From a bacterium (lineage in GTDB: Bacteria > Krumholzibacteriota > Krumholzibacteriia > G020349025): a stretch of 64,000 nucleotides of DNA. Both the position numbers and the translations under genes were made by a program. Each line of letters opens with the position of its first letter. Position 1 is the first letter of the stretch. Under the pieces are notes generated by a model. It was given only the letters and a program-made list of their open reading frames with translations. It searched no databases and had not been told where the DNA came from. The stretch covers positions 32,001 through 96,000 of the forward strand of contig JANLSU010000069.1 in assembly GCA_031362565.1 (NCBI GenBank), read 5' to 3'. This document shows, piece by piece, positions 21,171-29,789 of this stretch.

Positions 21171-21518
21171 ATGAGTATGGGACTGAAGCGAATGATGTTC
21201 ATCGCGCCGCTGGCGATTCTGGGGATGCTGCTCTTCGCCTTCCTTGGCGGCGAAATCGTGCTGCACCTGTGGAACGGGTTGCTGCCGCCGCTCTTCGGCT
21301 TCCACCAGGTCACCTTCTGGCAAGCACTCGGACTCTTGGTGCTGTGCAGGATCCTGTTCGGAGGCATTGGATTGCACGGTTCCGGCCGCTCCAACTACCG
21401 CCGTCGCATGACCGAACGCTGGGAGCGCATGACCCCGGAAGAGCGCGAGCGATTGCGACAGGGTTGGCGTGGCCGTTGGGGCTTTGTCCCTTCCGCCGCC
21501 GAGAGCAAGGAACAATGA
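21171..21518 (+). CDS. small membrane protein coupled to the ECF sigma factor (possible anti-sigma)
   Basis: GAGGA RBS 10 nt after sigma stop; LWN.LLP.LFG..TFWQALGLL.L..ILFG; MTPEERE tail. Confidence 0.75.
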   Translation: MSMGLKRMMFIAPLAILGMLLFAFLGGEIVLHLWNGLLPPLFGFHQVTFWQALGLLVLCRILFGGIGLHGSGRSNYRRRMTERWERMTPEERERLRQGWRGRWGFVPSAAESKEQ

Positions 21519-21561
21519 GGGGAGCCATGCATCGAGGGTCGCCCGATCGCTGGTGCTTGCC

Positions 21562-22470
21562 TTAGAACGCCGCGGCGAGCGCCCGGGCAATGGCACGCTC
21601 CCGCTCGTCCGCCGGCAGGCCCCTCGAGACACTCCATCGAATGTCGTCAAACGAGCGGACGAACGCCCAGGCGCGGACGCGCTCGGGATCGAGATCCAGC
21701 TCGCCGGCCACCCGGCGCACAACGCGCGTCGCGCTCAGACGGTCCGGCCGCTCCGGGAGCAGGGTCCGGATCAGATGACCGGTGTCGAACGCCGGCTCGC
21801 CGGCGAGAGGCTTCGGGTCGATGAGAAGCCACGGCTCGCGCTCGGCCGCGAGGACATTCCCCAGGTGGAAATCGCGGTTCGCCAGAACCTCATCGCCTGG
21901 CGCGGTAGAAAAGAACGGTACACAGTTCGACCGCCTCTCGCGCCAACGCCGGATCGAGTCGAGCGCTGCCTGCCGATACGCGCGGCATGGCCGCGATCAT
22001 CTCGCCCCACCGCGCCACTTCTTCGGCGACCCGGATGAACGGATGGCCGATGGCGAGCGGCCGCCACAGTTGCCGGAGGAGTCCGCAGGCAAGGCCGATG
22101 GCTTGGTCACGATTCAGGTGGTCGAGGAGCGATGTCCCCGGCGCCAACCGCTCCAAGAGCAGCGCCCCACGGTCGGGATCGGCGTCCAGGAGGCGGACTG
22201 CACCGCGTTCCGCATCACCAGGGCATCCCCTTCGTGCCGCGTCTCGCGGTCGGCAAAGCTTACCTGCAGGACACTCTGGGTACCATCGTCCCGCTCGGCG
22301 GGTGCGGTGAACGCCACACAGCCGCCTACGAAAGCGTCGCCAACGCGGAGCGACCACTGCACAGCGAGTTCCTCGACAAGGCCCGGCAATGCGTCGAGCC
22401 AAGCTCGGCCAGCGTCGCCATGTCCTTCGAGGTTCGTCCGGACGACCGCGTCTGGTACCGCAAGTTTCAA
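21562..22470 (-). pseudogene. APH(6)-like aminoglycoside/hydroxyurea phosphotransferase, two frameshifts
   Basis: GRAWLDALP / GAVRLL..LLLERL.PG / DFHLGNVL..WLLIDPKPLAGEPAFD spread over three frames; shifts near 22210 and 21910; TTG start after GGAGAG. Confidence 0.75.
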
Positions 22471-22605
22471 GGCCGCTCTCCGGCTTGGAGTTGAGACGAC
22501 GAACATACACGCTGCGCCTTGGGGTGGCGGCATCTTTGGACCTGTCGGCCACTCCATCACCGAAGGATGGTCGCGCCTGCGCGACCGTTGCGGTAGATTC
22601 CTTCC

Positions 22606-25600
22606 ATGCAGCTGACCCCCGGAACCCGGCTCGGCTCCTTTGAGATCGTCGCCCCGCTCGGTGCGGGGGGCATGGGCGAGGTGTATCGCGCCCGCGACTC
22701 GCGGCTCGGGCGCGAGGTGGCGCTCAAGGTGCTGCCGGCGGCCTTTGCGAGTGACTCCGAGCGGCTCGCGCGCTTTGAGCGCGAGGCGCGCACGGTCGCT
22801 GGGCTCAACCATCCCAACATCGTCGTGCTGTATTCGATCGAGGATGCGGGCGAATTGCGATTCCTCACGATGGAACTCGTCGAGGGCCAGGGCCTCGACC
22901 AGTACATCGCTCCCGGTGGCCTGCCCATTGCGCGCGTCATCGAACTCGGGATCGCGCTCGCGGAGGCACTCACCGCAGCGCATGAAAAGGGCGTCGTGCA
23001 TCGCGACTTGAAACCCGCGAACGTTATGCTGACCCGCGACGGACGTGTGAAGGTCCTCGATTTCGGGCTCGCGAAGCACGCGGTGCCGGACTGTGGTTTC
23101 GATGCGACGCAGGCCGCGACACTCGCGGCGCCGCTCTCGACCGCTGGCCACGCGATAGGCACGGTGCCGTACATGGCGCCCGAGCAATTGCGCGGCGAAG
23201 CCGTCGATGGCCGCGCGGATTTGTTCGCACTCGGTACACTGCTCTACGAATTGACGACAGGGCGGCGGCCGTTCGAAGGTGCAACCTCCGGCACGATCGG
23301 TGCCGCGATCCTGCGCGACACGCCGGCATCGGTTGCGAGCGTGCGGGCCGATGTGCCAACCGATCTCGACCGCATCATCGCGCGCTGCCTCGAAAAGGAG
23401 CCGCGCGTCCGCTTTCAGACCGCCCTCGACGTGAGCAACGAATTGCGGTGCGTGCGACAGACGCGAGAGGGCGGCTCTCTATTGAAGCCGCCGCCAACTC
23501 CATCCACGCCGCTGCTCGGGCGCGAGGTGACCCTCGAGTCGGCCGCCGAACGCCTGCGGGGCGGGGCGCGCGTGCTCACGGTCACCGGCTACGGTGGCAC
23601 CGGCAAAACGCGATTCTCGATCGAGCTCTTCCGCCGCCTGACGCCCGACTATGCCGGCGGCGCGGCCTTCGTCTCGCTCGCCTCGGTCACCGCGGCTTCC
23701 GAGGTGTTGCCGACGGTCGGCACTGCGCTCGATATCGGCGAGGCGCATGGTCGCTCGGCGCTCGACGCGCTCTGTACGGTGATCGGCGACCGCCGCATGC
23801 TCCTCGTCCTCGACAATCTCGAGCAAGTGCTCGATGCGGCCGGCGACATTGCGGCACTCGTGTCACGCTGTCCGTCGTTGCAGGTGATCGCCACGAGTCG
23901 GGCCCCGCTCAAGATCGGCGCCGAGTCGGAGTTCAGTTTGCCGCCACTCGAACTGCCGGCCCTGGATGCGACGTCGCTTGAAGCACTGAGGGCCTGCCCG
24001 TCGGTCACACTCATCGTGCAGCGGGCCGAGAAGGTGAAGCCGGGCTTCGCGCTCACCGCCGCGAATGCGGCGGCAATCGCCGCGATCTGCCGGCGTCTCG
24101 ACGGCCTGCCGCTCGCACTCGAGCTGGCCGCGGCGCGCGTTCGCATCCTTGAACCGGCGGCACTGCTGCAACGGCTCGACCATGCGCTCGACCTCTTGAC
24201 CTCGGGTGATCGCGACCTGCCCATCCGCCAACGCACGTTGAGGGCCACGATCAGTTGGAGCTATTCGCTCCTCGACGCGCCGGAGCAACTCGTACTGCGC
24301 TGTCTCTCCGTATTCCACGAAGGTTGGACGCTCGAGGCGATGGAGCAGGTGTGCTACGCCGAAGGTGAGCGCTATCGCGCGGTCGACGCACTCGACTCGC
24401 TCGTCGAGAAGGGGCTTGTGCGCGTGGTGGGATCGGGCGAGCGTTATGCGTTGCTCGAGACGATTCGCGCCTTCGCCGCCGAACAACTCCATGCTGGTGG
24501 CGAAGTGGACGCCATGCGGCATACGCATGCCGACTATTTTGTCGGATTCACGGCCGAGGTTGCCGCCGGTATCTTCGGGACGACGCAGCTCGAAGCCATG
24601 CGACGCGGCCGCGACGACAACGCGAACACGCAAGCGGCCATCCAGTGGCTTACCTCTGGGGCACAGGCGGGGGACCTCGTCGCGCTGGAGAAAGCGCTGC
24701 TGCTCTGCGGTCAACTGGACTGGTTCTGGCACATTGGCGCCCAGCACCTCACGGCGCGCCTCTGGTTGGATGCGCTGCTCGCGCTCGCTGCCGCTCGCCC
24801 GCCGAGCCGCGGCCGCGCGCTTGCATGGCTGGCCGCCGGGATGGTCTCGACGACGACCGGTGAGTGGGAGCGCTCGCGCGGCGAATGGGCGGCCGGCTTT
24901 GCGGACGGCAAAGCCGTGGGTGACGAGGCGGCAGCGGCAGAGGGGATCATGGGCGTGGGCTACTGCAACCTGAGCCTCGGGCGCATGGATGAAGCAAGAG
25001 CGGGACTCGACGAGGCCATCGCCCGCAGCGCGAACATTGGCTTCGACTTCATGCAAGCGCTCGCGCAGTCGCTGAAGGGAATGCTGCTTTTCGCGACCGG
25101 CAATCTCGCGGCCGGCATCGCCCTTGTAGAGGACGCGCGGCAGATCCATACGCGCATGAACGATCATGAGGGACGCGGCGTTGCGAACAGCCTTCTCGCC
25201 CAGATGATCTTCACAACGGGCGACCATGCTCGCGCGATCGCGCTCTATCACGACTCCCTCGCGTCGCTCGAGGCGGTGGGCGACCACCCGGAGATCGCGC
25301 GTGTGCACTGCGAGATGGGCTGGACTGCATTGGCCTCCTCCGATCCGCGTGCAGCGCAGGAGGCGTTTGTACGCGGGGTGCAAGAGTACGAGTTGGTCGG
25401 CAGCCCGCGTGGTACCGGCCTGGCTCTCTTGGGGCTTGCCGCGGTCGAGGCAGCTCTCGACCGGCCGGAGCGCGCCGTGACGATCGCGGCGGCGGCGCAA
25501 GCGTTGTCGGAGCGCGCCGGCATCGTCATCGCCCATCCCATGGATCCGGGCCTCGCGAGCCGCATCGAGGCCCTCAAGGCGTCCATTCCAAAGGGGACAC

Positions 25601-25668
25601 TCGACGGGCTTGTCGCGAACGCCGGCACGCTGACGCCGGCGGCGATTGTGGCGATGGTCGCGGAGTAG
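22606..25668 (+). CDS. Ser/Thr protein kinase fused to STAND-type ATPase and TPR region
   Basis: GAGGMG, VALK, HRDLKPAN, DFG, APE; Walker A GYGGTGKT, LVLDNLE, LDGLPLALELAA; helical TPR-like C-terminus. Confidence 0.92.
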   Translation: MQLTPGTRLGSFEIVAPLGAGGMGEVYRARDSRLGREVALKVLPAAFASDSERLARFEREARTVAGLNHPNIVVLYSIEDAGELRFLTMELVEGQGLDQYIAPGGLPIARVIELGIALAEALTAAHEKGVVHRDLKPANVMLTRDGRVKVLDFGLAKHAVPDCGFDATQAATLAAPLSTAGHAIGTVPYMAPEQLRGEAVDGRADLFALGTLLYELTTGRRPFEGATSGTIGAAILRDTPASVASVRADVPTDLDRIIARCLEKEPRVRFQTALDVSNELRCVRQTREGGSLLKPPPTPSTPLLGREVTLESAAERLRGGARVLTVTGYGGTGKTRFSIELFRRLTPDYAGGAAFVSLASVTAASEVLPTVGTALDIGEAHGRSALDALCTVIGDRRMLLVLDNLEQVLDAAGDIAALVSRCPSLQVIATSRAPLKIGAESEFSLPPLELPALDATSLEALRACPSVTLIVQRAEKVKPGFALTAANAAAIAAICRRLDGLPLALELAAARVRILEPAALLQRLDHALDLLTSGDRDLPIRQRTLRATISWSYSLLDAPEQLVLRCLSVFHEGWTLEAMEQVCYAEGERYRAVDALDSLVEKGLVRVVGSGERYALLETIRAFAAEQLHAGGEVDAMRHTHADYFVGFTAEVAAGIFGTTQLEAMRRGRDDNANTQAAIQWLTSGAQAGDLVALEKALLLCGQLDWFWHIGAQHLTARLWLDALLALAAARPPSRGRALAWLAAGMVSTTTGEWERSRGEWAAGFADGKAVGDEAAAAEGIMGVGYCNLSLGRMDEARAGLDEAIARSANIGFDFMQALAQSLKGMLLFATGNLAAGIALVEDARQIHTRMNDHEGRGVANSLLAQMIFTTGDHARAIALYHDSLASLEAVGDHPEIARVHCEMGWTALASSDPRAAQEAFVRGVQEYELVGSPRGTGLALLGLAAVEAALDRPERAVTIAAAAQALSERAGIVIAHPMDPGLASRIEALKASIPKGTLDGLVANAGTLTPAAIVAMVAE

Positions 25669-25774
25669 GAATCGAGGGCGCCGTTCTCGCGGCGCCCAGG
25701 TGCGATGCCTTGGCATGAGCGTTCCGGGGAGAAGGCGATCCAGTACGAGGAGCAGCCCATGCGGCGCGAATGGG

Positions 25775-26185
25775 TTACGGCGAAGTCGCGACGGGCCGGA
25801 TCACCAGGAACCAAGCGCCAGACTTTACCGGCAGACGCATCTCGATCGGTTCATGTGAAATATCAACCAACCGGGCTTTGCGCTTGATGGCTTTGCCGTT
25901 CACCTCGTTCGTAGTGATGGAAAGCCGGCCCTTTTGCAGACTCCACGTGCCCTGCTCGGTGAGCGGCCGCTGCTCGGGGCTCGCGAAATGGCATACGAAC
26001 CGATGGCCGATCAAAAACTCGGCGGTGCCGATCTGTGCCATGCGGCGGCCTTCGCCCACCCCTGGCCGCTCGATGCGGCCCACCCACTTGCCGACGAGTT
26101 GGGACTGATGGATGTCTGCCGCGTGCGCCAGGCTCGCAACGACGGCCAACGCCGCAACAACGACGACGACGACGAGCCTTCTCAT
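25775..26185 (-). CDS. small secreted hypothetical protein (lipocalin-like)
   Basis: signal peptide ending AHA; LVGKW and GTWSL motifs. Confidence 0.6.
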   Translation of the reverse strand: MRRLVVVVVVAALAVVASLAHAADIHQSQLVGKWVGRIERPGVGEGRRMAQIGTAEFLIGHRFVCHFASPEQRPLTEQGTWSLQKGRLSITTNEVNGKAIKRKARLVDISHEPIEMRLPVKSGAWFLVIRPVATSP

Positions 26186-26297
26186 CCGCTCACCCCCTCC
26201 CGACGGCATACGTGGCCAAAAGGAACGCCCCAGGCACAATCGCTTTCGCGCTGCACCTGGGGCGTCGAGAAGCGAGCTCAGGCTCTCAACTCGTAGA

Positions 26298-27173
26298 CTA
26301 CCGATACGATGTCCACATGGAGTTCATCCGCGAGTTCTGGCCGGCGGTGAAGTTGTCCATGCAAAAGTCGTCCGTGTAGTCCATGAAGTTGGTGATCGGG
26401 TCCAGGCCCGCCTTGTTCCTGCAGGTGTCGCGGCCCGTGGGGCACCCGAACGCCGCCGATTTCTCGGCCGCCGTGTCGCTGACGCCATCGCCCGAACCGT
26501 TACAGCCACCCTGGAACGTGTGGTACAGGCCCATCCAGTGGCCGACTTCGTGGGTCGCGGTGTCACCGAGGTTGTAGGGCGCCGCGGAGCCGCCGGGCAC
26601 CGACGAGAAGAGACACACAACGCCGTCCATCTTCGGGTTGCTGGCATAGCTCGACGGGAAGGTCGCCCAGCCGAGCAAGCCACCGCCCATGTTGTTCAAG
26701 TACAAGTTCAGGGCATTCGAACCACCCTGGCGAAGGGCGTTTTTCATCGCCGTTTCGCTCGCGCCGCCAGTGCTGGTGTACCAGGACGAATTCGTGGTGT
26801 TATCGGTCGACACCAAGTTGAACGAGAATGAGGAAGCGGCATAGGCCGCGTTCAGTACCGCAATCTGGCTGGTAATTTGCGCGTCTGTCGCACTCTCCGA
26901 GGCCGCACCCGTGGCGTAGATTCGATGCACGTAGACCGGAATGACGTGCGACGCCGTGATCAACGGCTTGTACGACCGCAACCGGTCCTCCACCGCGAGC
27001 ATCGTTGCCGCGTCGAGGTCCTCTGTCGAACAGCGGACGAATGACCCTTGCACCGTCGAGATGTCTTCCTGGCCACCAGCGCTCGTAATGTCGCCCCCGC
27101 AGCCATGGATTGCCAAGGTTGCAGCGAACGATACGGCGCCAAGGGCAATGATTCGGAACGTGTTCTTCCGCAT
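26298..27173 (-). CDS. zinc metalloprotease, M43 (ulilysin/pappalysin-like) lipoprotein
   Basis: [17 protein letters not shown] zinc motif, NFMDY Met-turn, LLGWATFP. Confidence 0.93.
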   Translation of the reverse strand: MRKNTFRIIALGAVSFAATLAIHGCGGDITSAGGQEDISTVQGSFVRCSTEDLDAATMLAVEDRLRSYKPLITASHVIPVYVHRIYATGAASESATDAQITSQIAVLNAAYAASSFSFNLVSTDNTTNSSWYTSTGGASETAMKNALRQGGSNALNLYLNNMGGGLLGWATFPSSYASNPKMDGVVCLFSSVPGGSAAPYNLGDTATHEVGHWMGLYHTFQGGCNGSGDGVSDTAAEKSAAFGCPTGRDTCRNKAGLDPITNFMDYTDDFCMDNFTAGQNSRMNSMWTSYR

Positions 27174-27307
27174 AGAACCTAATTCCTCCCCAAACGTGCG
27201 AGACATAGGGATTCTGCCGCGACAATAGATTCTGCTACGAATTTGCAGATTGAGTCAAGTCTCTTCGCCGGCCGCAAACTGGGCTGAAACACGCGATTCT
27301 GGGTGAG

Positions 27308-28240
27308 CTAGCGCCGGACCCCGATTTCCGAGAAGGGGACGAGACGCAGCATCCTGGTACCCGTGGGGTCGGGCCCCGAGAGTTCCGCAAGCGCCGGCAG
27401 GGACTGAATGTTGAGTTCCTTGGAGGTCGTTTGGTCGCCGGCGATCGAGATCAGCGCGGCTTCCGCCGGAACATCGAGCCAGGCTTGCGCTTCCGCACCC
27501 AGTGCGGCGTTCGCGGCCGCGTCCAAAAGCGCCGTGTCGGTCAATGGCGGCGCGGCCTTTTGCAGCTCGCGCCGCAGCCTTTCGAAGGCTTCGGGGCTTT
27601 TGTCGCGGGCCATTTCGAGCAGCGCGACGGCGCGGATGGAACGGTAGGTGTCGTGGGGCAGGAGAGTCCAGCGATAGAGCACGTTGAGAGGTTCGGGCTT
27701 CGCGGCCATCTGGTCTTCGACCATCCGGCAGCGTGGACATTCCGGATCGGTGAACAGCACGTACACCTTGCCGCCGGGTATCGTCTCCTGACCGCGAGGT
27801 CTAAAGATCGCGACCCCCTGCTCGGTGCCGAATCGATCCCACCCGCCGGTCGCCGCGAACACGATGGCGAGGCTGAAGAAGAGCGGGGCAAGGGCGCGCG
27901 GCTTGGGCAGGAGCGATAGGGCCGCTGAGACCACGCCGATGTGGATCAGCATGCACACCGGGCAAAGAGTGTTGTTGTGAATCATCCACCACGCGAGCGT
28001 CAGCGAGCCGAGGGCGGCGACACCCAAGGCTGCCTTTGCCCCGCGTCGCTCACTGAAGAGCGCGTACGCCAGGGCGAACAGCGCCGGAGGCCCGCCCCAG
28101 GCCAGAGCCGCACTCAGGGGGAGTTCGTTGACGAAGCTGCAACTGGCGCAGCCCCACAGGTCCAAGCCAAGGTGATGGGCGAGCGCGACCAGCGCGGCGC
28201 AGCCAGAAAAGAGGCAGAAGAAGATTCGCAAGTGTTTCAT
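27308..28240 (-). CDS. VKOR-like membrane domain fused to DsbA/thioredoxin-fold domain
   Basis: CASC loop, TM helices with CPVC, C-terminal FTDPECPRC. Confidence 0.65.
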   Translation of the reverse strand: MKHLRIFFCLFSGCAALVALAHHLGLDLWGCASCSFVNELPLSAALAWGGPPALFALAYALFSERRGAKAALGVAALGSLTLAWWMIHNNTLCPVCMLIHIGVVSAALSLLPKPRALAPLFFSLAIVFAATGGWDRFGTEQGVAIFRPRGQETIPGGKVYVLFTDPECPRCRMVEDQMAAKPEPLNVLYRWTLLPHDTYRSIRAVALLEMARDKSPEAFERLRRELQKAAPPLTDTALLDAAANAALGAEAQAWLDVPAEAALISIAGDQTTSKELNIQSLPALAELSGPDPTGTRMLRLVPFSEIGVRR

Positions 28241-28247
28241 TCGTGCC

Positions 28248-29219
28248 CTACTTCGCCCCGGGAGCAATCTCTCGATCCCAACGGTGGGCGCTGAGGGCGC
28301 CAATGAGACGCGCATCCAACTTGCCCCGATCGCTCGCGGCCAAATTGGCGCGGACGTGTTCCACCGTGCGCATGCCGGCAATCGTCGTCGACACCTGCGC
28401 ATTCGACAAGACGAACCGCATGGCCATCTCCGCGAGGTCCATGCCGTCGGGAAGAACTGCTTTGAGGGCCTCGACACGATCGACGGTCGGCCCCAGGTTC
28501 TCGGGCCCAAAATACCATGCCCGCCAGTCGTCGGCAGGGAACTCTGTGTCCTTGGTCAAAGATCCGGCCAGGCTCCCTTCATCCAGCGGAACCCGCGCAA
28601 TGACGCCGACATTGTGTTCCGCACACGCCGCGAATAGCAGATCCTCCGGTGCTTGTTCGAAGATGTTGTAGATCACCTGCACGGCGTCGACGAGCCCGGT
28701 TTTGACGGCCAAAATGCCGTTGTTTGGCTGCCACCGATTCAAGCTGATGCCAAAGGCTGCAACGATGTTGCGTCGCTTCAATTCCGCAATCGTGTCATGC
28801 CAGGCTCTGGAAACGGACCAGGAGTCGTCCCAAACATGGAGTTGCAACAGGTCGATCGTGTCGACGCCGATCGCGGTCCGGATGCGGTCGGCGAACTCGA
28901 AAACATATTCACGAGGGAAGACATCCTCGTACTGGTCACTGGACGATGCCGGCCACTGGCGATTCTTGGGCGGAACCTTGGTGCCGACGTAAATGCGTCT
29001 GGGGCGGTTGGCGCGCAACAGTTCGCCCAAGAGGCGATCGCTCCGGCCCTCCCCGTATGCCGACGCGGAATCGAAGAAATTGCAGCCCAAATCAACCGAT
29101 GCCTGCATCGCACCGAGTGAAGCGCTGTCGAGCGAACCCGACCAGGCCCCGGCGCCCCAGAGTCCGTGACCTACGTCGCTCACTTCGAACCCGGTTTTCC
29201 CGAGGACGCGATAGTTCAA
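28248..29219 (-). CDS. aldo/keto reductase
   Basis: YRVLGKTG..FFDSA.AYG.G, TKVPP, IDLLQLH, QVIYN; TTG start inferred. Confidence 0.9.
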   Translation of the reverse strand: MNYRVLGKTGFEVSDVGHGLWGAGAWSGSLDSASLGAMQASVDLGCNFFDSASAYGEGRSDRLLGELLRANRPRRIYVGTKVPPKNRQWPASSSDQYEDVFPREYVFEFADRIRTAIGVDTIDLLQLHVWDDSWSVSRAWHDTIAELKRRNIVAAFGISLNRWQPNNGILAVKTGLVDAVQVIYNIFEQAPEDLLFAACAEHNVGVIARVPLDEGSLAGSLTKDTEFPADDWRAWYFGPENLGPTVDRVEALKAVLPDGMDLAEMAMRFVLSNAQVSTTIAGMRTVEHVRANLAASDRGKLDARLIGALSAHRWDREIAPGAK

Positions 29220-29620
29220 TGGTGATCCCTTCACCGAAGCACCGGTCAGACCCCCATTATTGTAAGTGCATCGCGCCAGAGGGGACACACTCTGCGGACG
29301 CCGGGTGACCTCAGTACGAGCCGCGTTTCCCCGTGTTTCTGATATGAATTCCGTAACAGCTTGTGAATGGGTCGTTTGAGCCACTGCGCCTCAAGCGCCT
29401 GCGGCGCCATTGATCTTCGGCGACTGCGATGTGTCCATCAAACCACAGCTCGACCTCGAGCGCTCACTGGATGCATCGCGCCTCGCGGAGATCGTGCAGA
29501 GGGGTGACGCGAGTCGACGTTGGGCTTCATGAACAACGCTTCATGATCGAAAGGGGGATCACAGCGGAGTCGACGGGGCGTTCGTTCGGCTTGGGGAAAC
29601 GCGCATGACGACAAAGTTCA

Positions 29621-29649
29621 TTGTAAGGTGAAAAGGCGATTCCTATACT
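29621..29649 (+). promoter_or_regulatory. sigma70-type promoter for the repeat protein gene
   Basis: TTGTAA-17 nt-TATACT. Confidence 0.55.
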
Positions 29650-29789
29650 TGCCGCGCTTCAACGCTCTCGAGGTGACCAACGTGATGCACAGCGATCGAC
29701 CCTCACCATCACACGGGAATCAGCCTCCCCCGAGCAAACTCACGCCAGCCCAGCATTGTCTACAGACATGCCCAACATGGAGGTCCCAC

